Positions 9,738-26,572 of a stretch of DNA of 64,000 nucleotides are shown here, one piece after another (within the stretch, counting starts at the first letter, position 1; each line of letters begins with the position of its first letter). Under the pieces are notes generated by a model. The model was not told the origin of the DNA. It saw only the letters and a program-made list of their open reading frames with translations, and did no database searches. Both the position numbers and the translations under genes were made by a program. Source of the DNA: Emiliania huxleyi CCMP1516 (taxonomy: Eukaryota); assembly GCF_000372725.1 (NCBI RefSeq), contig NW_005201360.1, forward strand, positions 208,881-272,880, read 5' to 3'.

Positions 9738-12700
9738 TTAGGCGGCGGCGGCGCGCGGGAAGCGCTGGCGGATGTGTCCCTCGAACTTCTTGCAGGCGGC
9801 GAGGAAGTCGCCCTCCTCGGTCGTGTCGGCGATGACCTCGTCGCCGTCCACGAGCGTGACGCGCATGTCGAGGTCGACGGCCGCCTTTGCGGCGGCGCCA
9901 TTCGCCGCCTTTGCGGCGGCGGCGTACGCGGCGCGCTCCTCCTCGAGGAGCTCGTCGACCGGCTGCTGCAGCGTGGCCACCTGTAGCCGAGGGGCGGCCA
10001 AAGTGCAGCCGAGGGGCGGCCGAGGTGCAGTCGAGGGGCGGCCGAGGGGCAGCCGAGGGGCGGCCGAGGGGAAGGAGAGGTGTGGTCCTCGGAATATTGC
10101 GGCTGCATCTCGGCTGCATCTCGGCTGCATCTCGGCTGCATCTCGCCCAAGAGTCGCCGGTGAGTGGCTTGCCAGTCAGTCGCTCGACGAGGCCCAGAAA
10201 TGGCTCAGAGTTGCCGGGCCGCCAGTACGCGTCCCGCAGCGTGGGGCCCACCTGTAGCGAGGCTCCGAGAGGGTCTCTGGGCTTAGGCCGCCAGCGGACG
10301 CCTCTCGCAGTGTGTGTGTGGGGGGGGGCACCCGAGGGTTGTCGACGATGACTCCGTCGCGCGCGGCGAAGAAGGCGCGCGTCTGGTGCACGGCCATCTC
10401 TGCGAGCACGTACCTGAGACGGAGCGAGATCGGCCGAGATCAGCCGAGATACGGCGGGCGGCCACCTCTCGGCGAGAGCACACACACCCGTGGTAGTAGC
10501 AGGAGGCCTCGTCCGAGAGCAAGTGCGGCACCGACAGCAGCGGCCGCCCGCCCGGGCCGCCCTGGATGCGCGTCTCCACCTCGTCGGCGAGCGCCTGGAG
10601 GAGGGGCCGGGCGTACCTCGTGCGCCGAGATGCGCCGAGATGCGCCGAGATGCGCCGAGATCCCCCCCTCTCCCTCCCACCTCGCCGGCGATCGCCTGGA
10701 TGGCGGCGGGGAATCTCGGGTGATCTCCGGGCAATCTCCGTGCGATCTCGCCTGGATGGCGGCGGCGCTCAGCTCTCCGTCGGGGAGCTCGTATAGCGCC
10801 TTCTCGAAGTAGGGCACCTACAGAGGGAGAGGGTCCGAGGCGGGTCGACGAGTGTGCCGCGCTCGTGCAGCGCCCCTCCCTCGAGGCGAGGTCACCGCCA
10901 GCATCGCGCGGAGCGAGAAGACCTCGTAAGGGTGCTTGGCGCGCACCTGCGGCAGAGGGCGCAGAGAAGGGCTTCGAGGAGTGCGCGACACGATTCGGCG
11001 GCGGCGGCTGCGGCTCTCGCGGCGCACGTCCTCCTCGTGCAGCGCAAAGGGGAGGGGCGACCCCTCGCGGTCGCGCGCGTACTGGAAGCGCCACGCCGCG
11101 TCGCCCACGAGCGAGTCGAGGAACATTGACTGCAGCTCGGCGTATGCGACTGAGGTTGGGGCGCGCTCCTGCGAGAGGCGTTGGCAGTGAGGAGGAGAGG
11201 AGAGGGGGGAGGGGAGGGGAGGGGAGGGAAGGGGAGTGAGAGGGGAGGGGAGGAGAGGAGAGGGAGAGGAGAGGAGAGGAGAGGAGGGGAGAGGAGAGGA
11301 GAGGCGAGGAGGAGAAGAGAAGAGAGGGAGAGGAGAGGAGAGGAGGGGAGAGGAGAGGCGAGGCGAGGAGGAGAAGAGAAGAGAGGCGCACGCCTGCGAG
11401 AAGAGCGGCGACGGCATCTTGATGTTGGCAAAGTGCGCCGCGTGTCCCGCCTCGTGCATGAGGGTCGTGAGAGCGGTGTGCCCCGACCCGACGGCGCTCG
11501 GATCGGCGAGCGAGGTGAAGTGCCTGTGCGAGCAAGTCACGAGAATCAGCGCGCAAGCTCCGCACGGCGCGGGGGTCGGCGAGCGGCGTGGGGTGCGTCA
11601 CGGTCGGCTGGAAGGAGCCGTCGGCCTTGACCCAAGCTGGCTGGGGCCAGTGGCAGAACCCGTTGCTGTACTTGCCTGCAGCACGAGGCGAGGACGTGAC
11701 ACAAGACAGTGCCGTGCCGTGGCAGCAGCCTGCAAGGAGGAGCAGTCTCCCTTGCGGTCGAGCAAGTCGAGCCGCATGCTCGCCCCCTCGTACGAGATGC
11801 CCAGCGCGGCGAAGGAGCGGCCCCACTGCTCGACGGCACGCTCGAAGGGGAAGTACGGGTCGAGCTTCTGCGTGACCTGAGCAGCGAGGACGGCGCAGCC
11901 GCGGCTCTCACCACCAGTGAGCCCGACAAAGGGGGAGCACCTCGAGTCTGCGCGTGACCGAGCCAGCCATCATATACGCAGAGTTGTACGCCAGCAGCGC
12001 CGCCTCGCCCTTGGCGGCGGCGAGGTTGGCGCGCGCCTCCTCCATCAGCGGGCGGGTGCCTGAACGAGAGGCTCCGGCGAGAGCAGGCTCACGGAAAGGC
12101 TGCGTGCTGCTCGACATCGCCGCATACCCCCCCCCCCCCCCACACACACACACACCACCACCACCACCACCACCGCCGCCGCCGCCACAACCACCACACA
12201 CTGTGGCGCGTGTGCCTCGCTCGCGCTCGAGGGGGCGCGTAGCGGAGGCTGCATCTCGGCCCCATCTCGGCTCTCCCTCGCCTTGCTCGAGCGTGTCGAG
12301 CATCCCGAAGAGGGCGCCTGTGGCACGGAGCAAGACTGGCACGTCACCGGACCGCTGCTGGCGGACCTCTGGGCACCTCGAGGCAGGCGCGCCCTTGCCG
12401 AACCCCTCCGCCTGCGTCACCTTGTAGTCGTAAAAGTCCTCGTAGCCGAGCTCGCGCGCCTGCAGAACGACGTCCCGACTCTTCTCTCGGAGTCTTCTCG
12501 CCCCGACTGCAGAAGGACATCCCGCCTGCAGCAGAAGGACTCTTCTCGCGAGTCCGAGAGAGGGGCGAGAAGGACGTCCCGCCCGAGTACTCGCGCGCCA
12601 TCGCGTTGCGGGCGCGGACGAGCTCGACGAAGCCGTTCGCCGTCACGAACTCGCCAATCGAGCGCAGCCCCTCCCAGCAGGCCTTGCGCGTCGCCTCGCT

Positions 12701-13729
12701 CCCGTCGACGCGCATCTTCGAGCGCAGGCCGACCGACGACAGCTCGACGAAGGCGCCTGAGAGAAGGGCTCAGGGACGGGTCCGAGAAGGCCCTGGCGCC
12801 GGCCGACCAGGCGTGACTCCGACCGAGGCGCCGTCGAGCACCGCGCCGAGCCGCATCTTGTTGCGCGCGTCCTCGAGCGTGCCCTCGATCGCGGTGCACT
12901 TTTCGCGCAGGGCGAGCGCAGCCTCGGACTCCATGATGTAGCAGCCTGCTCGCACGCGCAGCGCGTGAAGGGACGCGCGAAGCCATGCGTCTCGCTGACC
13001 CGAGGCGTACCGAAGGTGCGCTCAAAGATGGCGAGGGTGGCCCTCTCCGCCTCGGAGAGGTCGGAGCGGGCGAGGTACCCCCGCGTCTGCGCCAGCTTCT
13101 CCTTGGAGGCGAGGAAGGCCTCCATCTCGCCCTTGGCCTGCGTGGGTGCGCGGACGGCGGTCTGGGGCGGCGGTGGCGGTCTGGGGCGGCGGTGGCGGTC
13201 TGGGGCGGGCGCGGCGGTGGCCGTGGCACAGCGGCGCAGGAGCGGCCACAGGGACTGGCGAGGGCGGTGGTGGCGAGGGCGGCGGCGGCGTGGCTGGCGG
13301 CGACGCGGACGGCGGTGCGGCCGGTGGCGACGCAGGCGGCGGTGGATAGACGCCTTCGTCAAAGCGTCGACTGTATACGAGCCGTCTTTGAGTGCCATCT
13401 TTGTGCCCCAAAACTGCGGGTGGCGAGGTGATCATGAGCTTGACACAGAGACTCAGAGAAAGTGCGAAAGCGCAGAGGCTCAGGGCAAGGGCGAGCGCAG
13501 CAATGCTGTCGGGCTCTCGTATTGGCGGGCTCTCGTATTGGCGAGCCTGCTCCTCGAACGCCCGGTGCAAACCCTCGTACTGGGTGTTCACTTCTTCGAT
13601 GAAGGACGAGGGAGGAGTCGACATGCTAATGCGCTGTCTCGAGACTTCTGCGGCGAGCGTGCGCTGTCTCGAGACTACTGCGGCGAGCGTGCAGCAGCGC
13701 TCGGCAAATGTTAGTGTGACCAGGCGCAT
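9738..13729 (-). CDS. M3-family metallo-oligopeptidase, multi-exon
   Basis: HExxH in TLMHEAGHAAHF; downstream AYAELQSMFLDSL; YEGLHRAFEEQ; PYFEKALYELP; YWRPGNSEPFL. Start at 13729 or 13624. Confidence 0.85.
11188..11385. repeat. Purine-rich (GAGGA/GAGAG)n low-complexity tract inside an M3 peptidase intron
   Basis: Directly visible. Confidence 0.9.
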
Positions 13730-15535
13730 GCGCAAACAAGAATAACGCACGACAGCGGAGCTGGGAAGAGGACCGCCGCAAGCGGCGTGGCGTGGAGCGG
13801 TTGTGCATCCCTCCGGGGGCCCCTCTGCGCCGGGGAGGCGTTGTTGGAGGCTAGGACGCAAGCGTTCGTCGCCCTTTTCAAACTCGGGGCCCACTCCGCT
13901 ACGCTCCGACCCGAATTTGGAGGGCCTAAAAGTTTAAGGTGTTGCTGCGCAAAAGGGGTCGGACACCGGGCGCAGCTCATGCTAAGAGCTAGAAGAGGAG
14001 ATAGAGAGAACAACCACCCTGTCCCGTTATTGCGTACACCAACACCACAAAACGCTCTCTCTCTCCTGTCCTCACTCAGGGGGGTCACAACTACCAAGTC
14101 CCTCGACTAGCTGCCACAGGGCGCAGCTGCCACAGGGCGCAGCTGGAGACGCTCCCCCTCAATCGGCATCCACCCCCACCCGCTCCAGCCCCACTTCTGC
14201 TGCCGAGAGAGCTGAATCGAAGCAAGCGAGCCATTGCATCTTGGCGTGCTCCTGGAGCGCGGCTTTCTGCGGCCACGAGCACGGCGGAGTCGGCGTCGTA
14301 GCGCGCATCGTTCCCGCTCATCGCCCATTCCTCCCGTGACGTGTGTCGGCCGCGATTCGATGTCGCCACCTTCATCGCCAACGAGGACTCTCCCTCGACT
14401 GCAGGGGGGCTCCGGCGCGGGGAGGGACTCCGCCTGCTGCGCTGGCCGACTGCGCCCTCCTCCTCCATGGGCTCGATCCGATTCCGCAGCGGCGGTGCTG
14501 CGCGGGAGGCGGCCGCGGGCACGCTGGGCTCGATCAGCGGCTTTCCCCTCAGGTAGCGCGAAAGCACGGATTTGGCGGATTCTTGGCTTCAATTTTACGA
14601 ATGTCTTGGCACCAGCTGAAGGCTTGCACGGCGCACATCGCCGGATTCGTGCACGGTATTCGGATTTTGGCTATTTGCTCGTGTGGGGGTATATCGCAGA
14701 TTTGTCAATGGTACCGCGTCTGCGACGCGGGCGCCTTGCGAGCAGAGCCCTTAGGACACCCTTTATATCTTGCGCGGTCAAAACGTGCGGGGCTTCGTGT
14801 GAGAGCGTTTTGCGGCCCGCCGGGTGAGAGAACATGTGTCGTCTGATGTGTCACTCACTGTGTACGTCATATCAGTCTTGATAACAAGTACGGTCGATCC
14901 GTCAGCAAAGCGATACACTCGTCACGATCACGTTGGACGGCTTGCACGGAGCTCTGTGCCGGCACACAGGAAGAGCCGTCCGGCAAGAAGAGCTCGATAG
15001 GGAGCGAGAACCGTCAAAGGTGCTCGCGCAGGTTTCGGACGTCCGTCATGGTGCGGTCAGTTCCCCCCAGGTTTGACCGCGCAGGTCTCAAAACTCGTCG
15101 AGCACTCGTAGCCTTTCTGCGACTCTCTGCGTGCTGTGCCGGCTCGCGGGAAGAGCAGATTGAAGATATCTCAACGAGATCCGACATCTGCGCGGTCATT
15201 GTTGGGGTGATCTTACCGCGTCATGACGGAGTCTTGATACCTCTCGGAGCACCTCTAACGGTTCTCGCTCCCTATCCGAGATCTTCTTGCCGGACGGCTC
15301 TTCCTGTTTGGGCGCGCTGAGCTCGAAGGGCAACGGAAACGAGTGCATCGCTTCGATAGACCCGGACCGTGTGCTTGTTACCAAGACCGATCTCACGTAC
15401 ACAGTTACACTGCGCAGACGTCCTACTCTCCCATCCGACAACCGGCAAGACGCTGTCGTGAGCCCTAGCGTGAGCCAGCCGCTCTTGCGGCAGCCGTCAG
15501 CAGAGACCGAGCGCGTCGGGCGAGTGGAAATCGAG

Positions 15536-17733
15536 ATGGCGAGCCGGCCGTGGGCCCGGACGACGGCGCTGGCGAGCCGGACCGAGGCCGCGGCATCACG
15601 GCGGCGAGAAGGAGGGGCTTTGGCTGTATTCACGTGGAAGCGTAAGGGAGCCGAAAGCACTCCTGCGAACTGGGAAAATTCTTCTTTCTCGGCGCCCACC
15701 TCGCCGACGGCTCGGGGCGACCTGGCCTGGCTGCGCGCCTTCCTCTCCAGGCAGGGGACGAGCGGCACGTCGCTCGCGGCCCAGCTCGACGCGCGGCACG
15801 ACACCGAGAAGCAGGACACGCTGCTCACCTGGGCCGCTCGGCACGGGCAGGCCGAGGCGGCGCGGCTGCTGCTCGAAGGCGGCGCGAGCGTCGGGGGAAC
15901 GACTGGCGGCGGCGCGACCGCGCTGCACATCGCGTGCGGGAGAGGCCACCTCGAGGTCGCCCGGCTGCTCCGCGACGCTGGCGCGGCGGTCAACCAAGCG
16001 GATTCTGAAGGCCGCACGCCGCTGTACATCGCGAGCCTGCAGGGCCATGACCAGTGCGTCCGGCTGCTGCTCGAGGCGAGCGCGGCGGTCAACCAAGCCG
16101 CGGCGGATGGCGCCACGCCGCTGCTCCTCGCGTGCCATTACGGCCACGTCGAAATCGCCCGGCTGCTCCTCGAGGCTGGCGCAACGGTAAGCCAAGCCCG
16201 CCACGACGGCTCCACGCCGCTGTACGTCGCGTGCCAGAAGGGCCGCCTCGAGATCGCCCGGCTGCTTCTCGAGTCGAGCGCGGCGGTCAACAAAGCCCGC
16301 ATCAGCGGCTCCACGCCGCTGTACATCGCGTGCGAGAGAGGCCAGCTTGAGTGCGTGCAGCTGCTTCTCGAGGCTGGCGCGGCGGTCAACCAAGCCAAGG
16401 ACGGCGGCGCCGCGCCGCTGCCAGAGCGGCCAGCTCGAGTGCGTCCGGCTGCTGCGCGACGCTGGCGCTGACATCAACCAAGCGATTGATGATGGCACCA
16501 CGCCGCTGTACATCGCGTGCCAGAACGGCCACCTCGAGTGCGCCCAGCTGCTGCGCGACGCTGGCGCTGACATCAACCAGGCCGAGGAGAGCGGCGCCAC
16601 GCCGCTGTTCATTGCGTGCCAGAAGGGCCGCCTCGAGTGCGTTCAGCTGCTTCTCGAGGCCAGCGCGGCGGTCAACCGAGCCAAGCGGGATGGCGCCACG
16701 CCGCTGCTCATGGCTTGCAAGAACGGCCACCTCGAGTGCGCCCAGCTGCTGCGCGACGCTGGCGCTGACATCGACCAAGGGATAAACGATGGTCCCACGC
16801 CGCTGTTCATGGCGTGCCAGGAGGGCCAGCTCGAGTGCGTTCGGCTGCTTCTCGAGGCCGGCGCAGCGGTCGACCAAGCCAAGCAGGATGGCGCCACACC
16901 GCTGTTCGTTGCGTGCGCGCAGGGCCACCTCGAGGTCGCCAAGCTCCTCTCCTCCTTCGGCGCCTCCCGCGCCGCTACGCGCTACGGCACGCCCGAGGAG
17001 GTTGCAACCGAAGAAGTCCACGACGACCTCGCCGCTTGGCTGGTCGCCAGCCGCGGCTGGACGCCGCTCCAGCACCTCGAGGCGTGCCCCGAGACTAGCG
17101 GCCGAAGGCGCGCGCGCTGTCCTCACGCCCATTGCCCCTCTTCCGCAGGCGCTCACCTTCGAGCGGGCGCGGGCGCTGCTGCGCGGCGGCGCTGACCCGC
17201 TCGCCGGCGAGCCTTCTGCCCTCGAGCGGGCGCGCGTCCTCTGCTCGTGGAGCGAGTCGGGTCCGACCGCTGCGGCAGTCGGTTCCACAGTCGAGATCCG
17301 CTCTCTCGTCTCGCGGCCCTCGATGAACGGCAAGGTCGGCGTCGTCGTCTCCGCAAGCGCTTCGACGGCCCGCTTCGGCGTGCGCGTGGCGGACGAGGCC
17401 AAGGCACTCGCACTGAGGCGCGCTATGCAATGGTCTCTCCCCGACTCGCCGGAGCCTCCTTTTGACACACCTCTGCCCTCCCTCAGGCCGGCCAACCTGC
17501 AGCCAGCGGCCGAGGCGGTGGAGGTGGGCAGGCTCATCCTCAAGGCGGCGGAGTGGTCGCCGCAGTCTCACGAGCTCTTCTCAACGGCAGCTCGCAAGCG
17601 GGCGGTCGAGGTGATGCTGCTGGGCTACCTGATCGCTTGGGACGAGGATCGCTTCGACAGCCGCGAGGGAGCGGCCCCAGAGCTGGCGGATATCTGGCGC
17701 GGCTTTGTGCTGCCAAGGGTGGTGGCGCGATGA
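15536..17733 (+). pseudogene. Ankyrin-repeat protein (~12 repeats) with frameshift at 16420/16421; two 3' introns
   Basis: Repeated TPLxxAC..G.LE...LLL.AGA in ORFs 15287..16471 and 16347..17195; repeat 7 lacks ~11 nt; C-terminal exons end ...GFVLPRVVAR*. An assembly error cannot be excluded. Confidence 0.8.
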
Positions 17734-18477
17734 CATGGGGTCTTGCCATTGCCCGCCTGTCCGCTGTCGCCGTGCTCGCGTCTATGATTAGTCTATGTCT
17801 ATGAGGAGTGCTAACGTTGAAACGATTCTCAAACGGGCTGTGAGACAGAGTTGGTTTTTTCGGCGTTGTTTTCTTTTGTGGAAGGCGGCAACGACCAACG
17901 TCCGGCGCCCGCAACACTGCTGCTTTTGCAGCGGCCGCGCCGGCGTCGGTCTCGGCGCCGCCTGACAGGCCGCCGGCCGCCGGCGAGGGGCGAGAGAGGG
18001 CCACCTGAATGGCCCCTAGGTCCGGCGAGACAGAAAGAAAGAAATAAAACATAAAACCCACTGCTCGGAGCGAGCACCCTCTTGAAGGCTTCGCCGCCAG
18101 CCGCGGCTTTTTCCTGAAGATACAACACACGTCGACAGGGCGGGCGGACGTCGTCGCAGGGACATCCTCCCTCGCATGCAGCAGTCCGTCGGTCAGATTG
18201 ACAACACTGCCATCACTACGGCATCGGCTTCGCCTGCTGCCACCGCCGCTGCTGCTGCCTCGACTCGTGGCGCTCCTGGCCATCTTAAGCTAGGCGCCGC
18301 GGTGTGCTGCTCTTCTCTTAAGAAGGAGCTCTTGCGTCTTAAGCTTGGCATGCTCCTGCCGTAGGCGCCAATCAGTCGCCGAGTCAGCAACAGCGGCAAA
18401 ATCACGAGTACGACGCATTTGCCACAGAGTGCCAGCAACTTCAACAGCAACTTCAACAGGCGCCAGCGGGGAGGTCG

Positions 18478-18527
18478 ATGGAGGAGATTGTACGATTGCA
18501 GCAGCAGCAGTTGCAGCAGCAGCAGTT

Positions 18528-18560
<33 letters not shown>

Positions 18561-18683
18561 GCAGCAGCAGGCCAAGCGGCAGCGACAGGAGACTCCGCCG
18601 CCGCCGCCGTCGCCGCAGCAGCCGCAGCAGCCGCAGCAGCCGCAGCAGCCGCAGCAGCCGCAGCCGCAGCCGCAGCCGCAGCC

Positions 18684-18722
<39 letters not shown>

Positions 18723-18739
18723 GCAGCAGCAGCAGCAGC

Positions 18740-18809
<70 letters not shown>

Positions 18810-21800
18810 AGAGCAGCGACAGGAGACGCCGCAGCAGCACGCCGTGTACACGATTCGCGTCCCGCCCGGCGTGCGTCCGGGTGGAGCCTTTGTGGTGGAG
18901 CACCTCGGCAACCGCCGCCAGCCTCCCGCTCTCAGACCGCCACCCACCCACAGCTTTGCCGGAAGCTTCTCGGAAGCTTCCTCCTAGGCGGGCCACTGCT
19001 CGACCGCGACCCGAGCCTTGCCGGAACCTTCTCGGAGCCCTCTCGGAGACTCCCGTAGGCGTCCACTACCAGATCACCGCATCCGACCCGCCGAGGGAAG
19101 ACGGGGCGGTGGAGTGCTGGCCGCCGTCCCCCGCCGCAGACCGACCCCCGCGCCTTTCTCCGGAGCCTTGCTGGACCCTTCCTTCGCGTAGGTTGCCTGC
19201 TCCGCCAGGGCACCAGCCGGCACAGCCCGAGGTCGAGATCCAGGCGCCCGAGATCCAGCCGAGACCTAGCCGAGATCTAGCCGAGATGTAGGTGAGGTCT
19301 AGCCGAGATGTAGGTGAGGTCTAGCCGAGATGTAGGTGAGGTCTAGCCGAGGTCTAGCCGAGGTCTAGGTAGAGATGTAGCCGAGGTCTAGGTAGAGATG
19401 TAGCCCGAGGTTGAGATCCAGGTGCGTGCTGTGTGCCGAGCCCTGTCCGGGCTCCCGCCGGCGGACCGGAGAGGCTGACGCTTCTCGGAACTTTCCTCGC
19501 GGCAGGTGTGCCAGGCGGGCGCCTGCCGTCGGGCTGGCTCCGAGGAGCCGCCTCCTCGGATCGGGGAGGTGGGGGTGGGGGCCCTCCGAGGCGCAGCCTC
19601 TCGCCCACCCCTCTAGGCGGTCCTTCTCGAGATAGAGGAGCTGGGCGCCGGCTTGCTGTGCCTCTCCGTCAGCGCGGCAGACGGCCACCTCGGCCGTCGC
19701 CTCTGCGCGACCTGTCCATGACATGTCCGTGACATGTCCCGCAGGCGGACGGCTGCCTCGGCGCGTGCGACGAGGCGCCAAACGCTATCGTGGTCAGGCG
19801 CGAGATGAGCCGGGATGAGCCGAGCTGAGCCGGGATGTGCCGAGATGTGCCGAGGTGTGCCGAGGTGTGAGCCCGACGTCGCCACCGTCGCCAGGCGAGG
19901 GACGGAGGTGCTGCAATCGCGACTCGACAAGGTCGAAAAGCGGGCGGCGCTCGCCCACGACACGTCTGCGACATGTCCACGACGCGTCCACGACGTCCCC
20001 CGCAGGTCGAAAAGACGGCGGCGCTCGTCGCGGCCGCCACGGGCGCCACGCCCAACCTGGACGACCCGGCGCTGCGGCAGCGGCTCAAGGAGGCGCGGCA
20101 GGTGCGGGCGAGGCAGCAGGCGCGCGACGAGACGCGTGGGCGGCCCGTACCGACCGTTCGGAGCCTTGCCCCCACCCTCGCCCGGGTCCTCTTCTCTCTG
20201 CTCAGGCGCGCGAAGAGAAGAGGTGGAACGGCGCGATGCAGGGCTTGGCGGAGCAGGTCGCGGCGAGCGCGGACGAGTCGAAGCGGTTCGAGCCGCTGTT
20301 CGAGCGGCCGCGGAGTTGGAGGAGATCACTCGAGATTGGTCGAGATCGGCCGAGAATAGGCTCGACTTGCTGCTCGAGCTCGCGGAGCTGGAGGAGGCGG
20401 CAGGACAGTGGGAGGCTGCCCTCGAGCACCGGAGGGAGCTGCAGGCGACCCGCACCGAGATCAACCGAGATCGACCGAGATCGACCGAGGCCACCCGAGG
20501 TCACGTGAGGTCAACAAAGGTCGCGAGAGGTGACACGAGGGCCCACGGGGTGCAGGCCGCTTCGCCCGACGAGCCGCACGAGATCATGGACCTCGCTACC
20601 ACTCTCGGCAAGATGGGCAGGGTGCGCGAGATCGACGAGCTGCAGCGGCTCGCCGGAATTGCGGCCGCTCCCCGCGCCTGGCGGGACCCGTCCATCACTG
20701 AGCCGACGGCCGGGCGAGGTGTAGGCTCGCGGAGCGCGCTCTCTCCGACCCGGAAGACAAGGAGCTGCTCGAGCACGCCAGCAGACACATTGCCGACTGC
20801 CGGGTGGACGCGGCGAGGAGTGCGTCTGTCGGCGCCGCGCAGGAGGCGTGGGCGAGGGGCACGCGCTGCGGAGGCGTGCTCGGAGCCTCCTCCGGAGCCC
20901 CTCCCGGAGCCTGTACCTCTAGGTCGAGCGGCCCATCGACGGGTACGCGCTGTGGAGGCTCGCCAGCGCGACACCCGTCTCGAGGCACAGCGCGCTGTAC
21001 CGCTTCTCGTCCTCGGACCGCACGCGCGGCACGCCGCTCGGCAAGAGCGCCGGCGCCGAGGCGCTGCACCAGCGGCGGCGTGCACCCGGACGGTGCCTCC
21101 CCTCCCCTGAGCCTTCTCGGACCTCTCCCCGCAGTTGCGGCACGTGACGTGGCACGTGACGATGCTGGCGCGGGTGGGGCCGAACGCGGAGGGGCCGCTG
21201 CCGTGGGTGGAGAGGGACTACACGCCGGTCAGCACCTGGATGGACTGGGAGAAGGGGCGGTGCGACCTCTCCCCTCCTCCTCAAGCACCTCCCGCCCGGC
21301 CGGCCCAGGGCGACAGCTCCTGGGTGGGTGGTGATCTGGACCCCCCTCCCCCCCCCCTCCCTCCCCACCACAGGTGCGACATCCTCATCAAGACGTACCG
21401 GCCGGGCGTCGCGACGGGCTGGCTGCGCGAGTTGCCGCTCGGCAGTGCGGTGCACCTCTCGCAGCCGATGCAGACGCTCGACGTCCCTTCGCTGGCGCTC
21501 GACCGACGCCGCACCTGAACGAGCCGTCGCGAGAGGACCCTTCTCTGACACTTCCCTGGCCGCCCCCACCCCACCCCCCCGCAGGTGCCGGACAGCAGCG
21601 CGCTCGACGAGGCGTCGCTCGGACACAGCGGCGTCCTCCTCCTCCTCGCCGGCACCGGCATCGCCGTCGCGGCGAGCGCGCTGCCGTGTCACTCCGACCC
21701 GTCCAGGACACGTCCCCCACGACAGGTCCGGGACATGTCCCTCGGTAGGCGAGCGTGCTGCGCCATGCAGACCCTGCGAGCTGCTTCCGGCCGCCGGGCC

Positions 21801-22346
21801 GCTCCCGCCGCCCCGCCGCCCCGCCGCTCAAGTCGCCCGTCCGCCTCATCTACGCGTGCCGGCGCGACGACGTGCTGATGGCGCCCGAGATCGCAAAGTG
21901 GTGCTCCGCGGGCGTCGGCCGCGCGCGGCTGCAGCGCTGCGTGCTCGCAGTCTCGCCGCCGGCGGAGGGCCAGCCGGAGCCGCCGTTCACGGCGGCCGAG
22001 GCGGCGGCGGGGGGCGAGCCGGCCGCCGGGCTCGTGGAGCTGGCGGCGCTCGACAAGGTGAGGCTTGTCGAGGGCCGCGTGACGCAGGAGCTGCTGCGTG
22101 CAGAGCTGGCGCCGCTGCAGGTGCCCCGGCGCAGAGGGTCGGCCGGGGAGGGGGAGGGAAGGGAAGGGGGGGGGGGGGGGGGGTTCGACCGGCGTGCCTC
22201 ACGTGTGCCCGTTGTCTCATGTGTCGCAGGCGCTGGGTCGATGCCGAGTGGTTGTCTCGGGGCCGGCGTCCTTCAACGGCGCCCTCAAGGCGATGCTCAC
22301 TTCGAGCGGGGTGCCGCCGGACTGCATCACGGTCCTCGAGGCGTGA
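18478..22346 (+). CDS. Multi-exon oxidoreductase: polyQ N-terminus, thioredoxin-like [2Fe-2S] ferredoxin domain, TPR-like helices, cytochrome-b5-reductase/FNR-like FAD/NAD domain
   Basis: Spliced: EVEIQ|VCQAGACRRAGSE|AVLLEIEELG...|ADGCLGACDEAPNAIVV; LAELEEAAGQWEAALEH; ERDYTPVS, DILIKTYRPGVATGWL, LLLAGTGIA, LIYACRRDD, VVVSGPASFN. Confidence 0.7.
18498..18808 (+). repeat. (CAG)n/(CAGCCG)n coding trinucleotide repeat (polyQ/QP)
   Basis: Directly visible. Confidence 0.95.
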
Positions 22347-22771
22347 GGTGGAGCTCGAGGCCGATGGCGATGCGGTATTTTTGGATGAGATGGGCGGGCG
22401 GAAACGGATGGTAATAATTTAGCGGAACGGCGAGATGCGGGAGACGCGTGGAGACAGATCTGGACGCGTAGCGGGGACGAAGTGGACCCAGATCGCAGAG
22501 AAGAGATGTTCATCGTTCATGTTGTCGTGCATGTCGCTCGTCGGGCTCGGGGCGCCGCGTGTGTGTTTTTGTGTATACTAGAATGTGTTAGGCGAGAGGC
22601 GACCCCTTTTTAGGGAGGGTCAAAAAAAGGACTTAGCGAGAAAGAAGCGAGATGCACAGATGGCAGAGGCACTCTCGCGCTGTCCACATAAGACATATTG
22701 GCCTGACTGTGCGCGGATCGATATTTGCGAGAAGAGTGGTCCGTCACGCGCGAGACCCCCGGTACCAAGAG

Positions 22772-26062
<3,291 letters not shown>

Positions 26063-26299
26063 GCTTCACCCTCGACTTCGGCGGTGCAAGATGCAAGAGG
26101 CGGTGTGACACGGACGCTGTCGCTCGATTTTCTTATTCAGCCCTAAGGGAACTTCGTGATATGCTGTTTGTTAGTTATCCCGTTAGTAAGAGAGAGTTAG
26201 AGAGTTAGTATGAATGAGTCGGCTCGATCGAGATGCGCAAATGGATGGGGTGAAAGAAGAACGTGCAAGACTCATCCGTGGCGGCGTGAGTAAGTATGT

Positions 26300-26425
26300 A
26301 GGCAGATAGAGAGAGTGTAGAGCGACGCTGTATAGAGCTGTACAGATGTACTCGCTCGAGTAGAGCGGCTCTCTAATGAGCTGTGTGTATGAGGATAGAG
26401 GCTGTAGAGCTCTACAGAGACGATC
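26300..26425. repeat. CTGTAGAG/CTCTACAG motif-rich dispersed repeat remnant
   Basis: gctgtagagctctacag and variants; same motifs at 52530-52715. Confidence 0.55.
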
Positions 26426-26572
26426 GAGGGGTCCCGTACCATGCGGAATCGACCCTATCAAGTGCTCAAGTGCTCAAGGGCGGGAAGCGCTGCCAACTGA
26501 GCGATAGGAAAAAGTTGAAGGACGTACGACTGCCAAGCGGCACGCCTCCTTCGGCAGGACATTCGGCAGGAC

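Noticed and set aside
9676..11826. 716-aa and other very long Arg/Pro/Ala-rich ORFs across the window (e.g. 57479..59014, 5121..6755)
   Set aside because: Stop-poor shadow frames expected at this GC content; they run through introns or antisense to recognisable genes.
13860..15280. Lower-GC intergenic stretch that looks TE-derived
   Set aside because: I could not find TIRs, TSDs, LTRs or a coding signature by eye.
18193..19291. PolyA, polyS, polyL and polyC ORFs
   Set aside because: Alternative frames and strand of the CAG repeat; only the polyQ frame connects to downstream exons.
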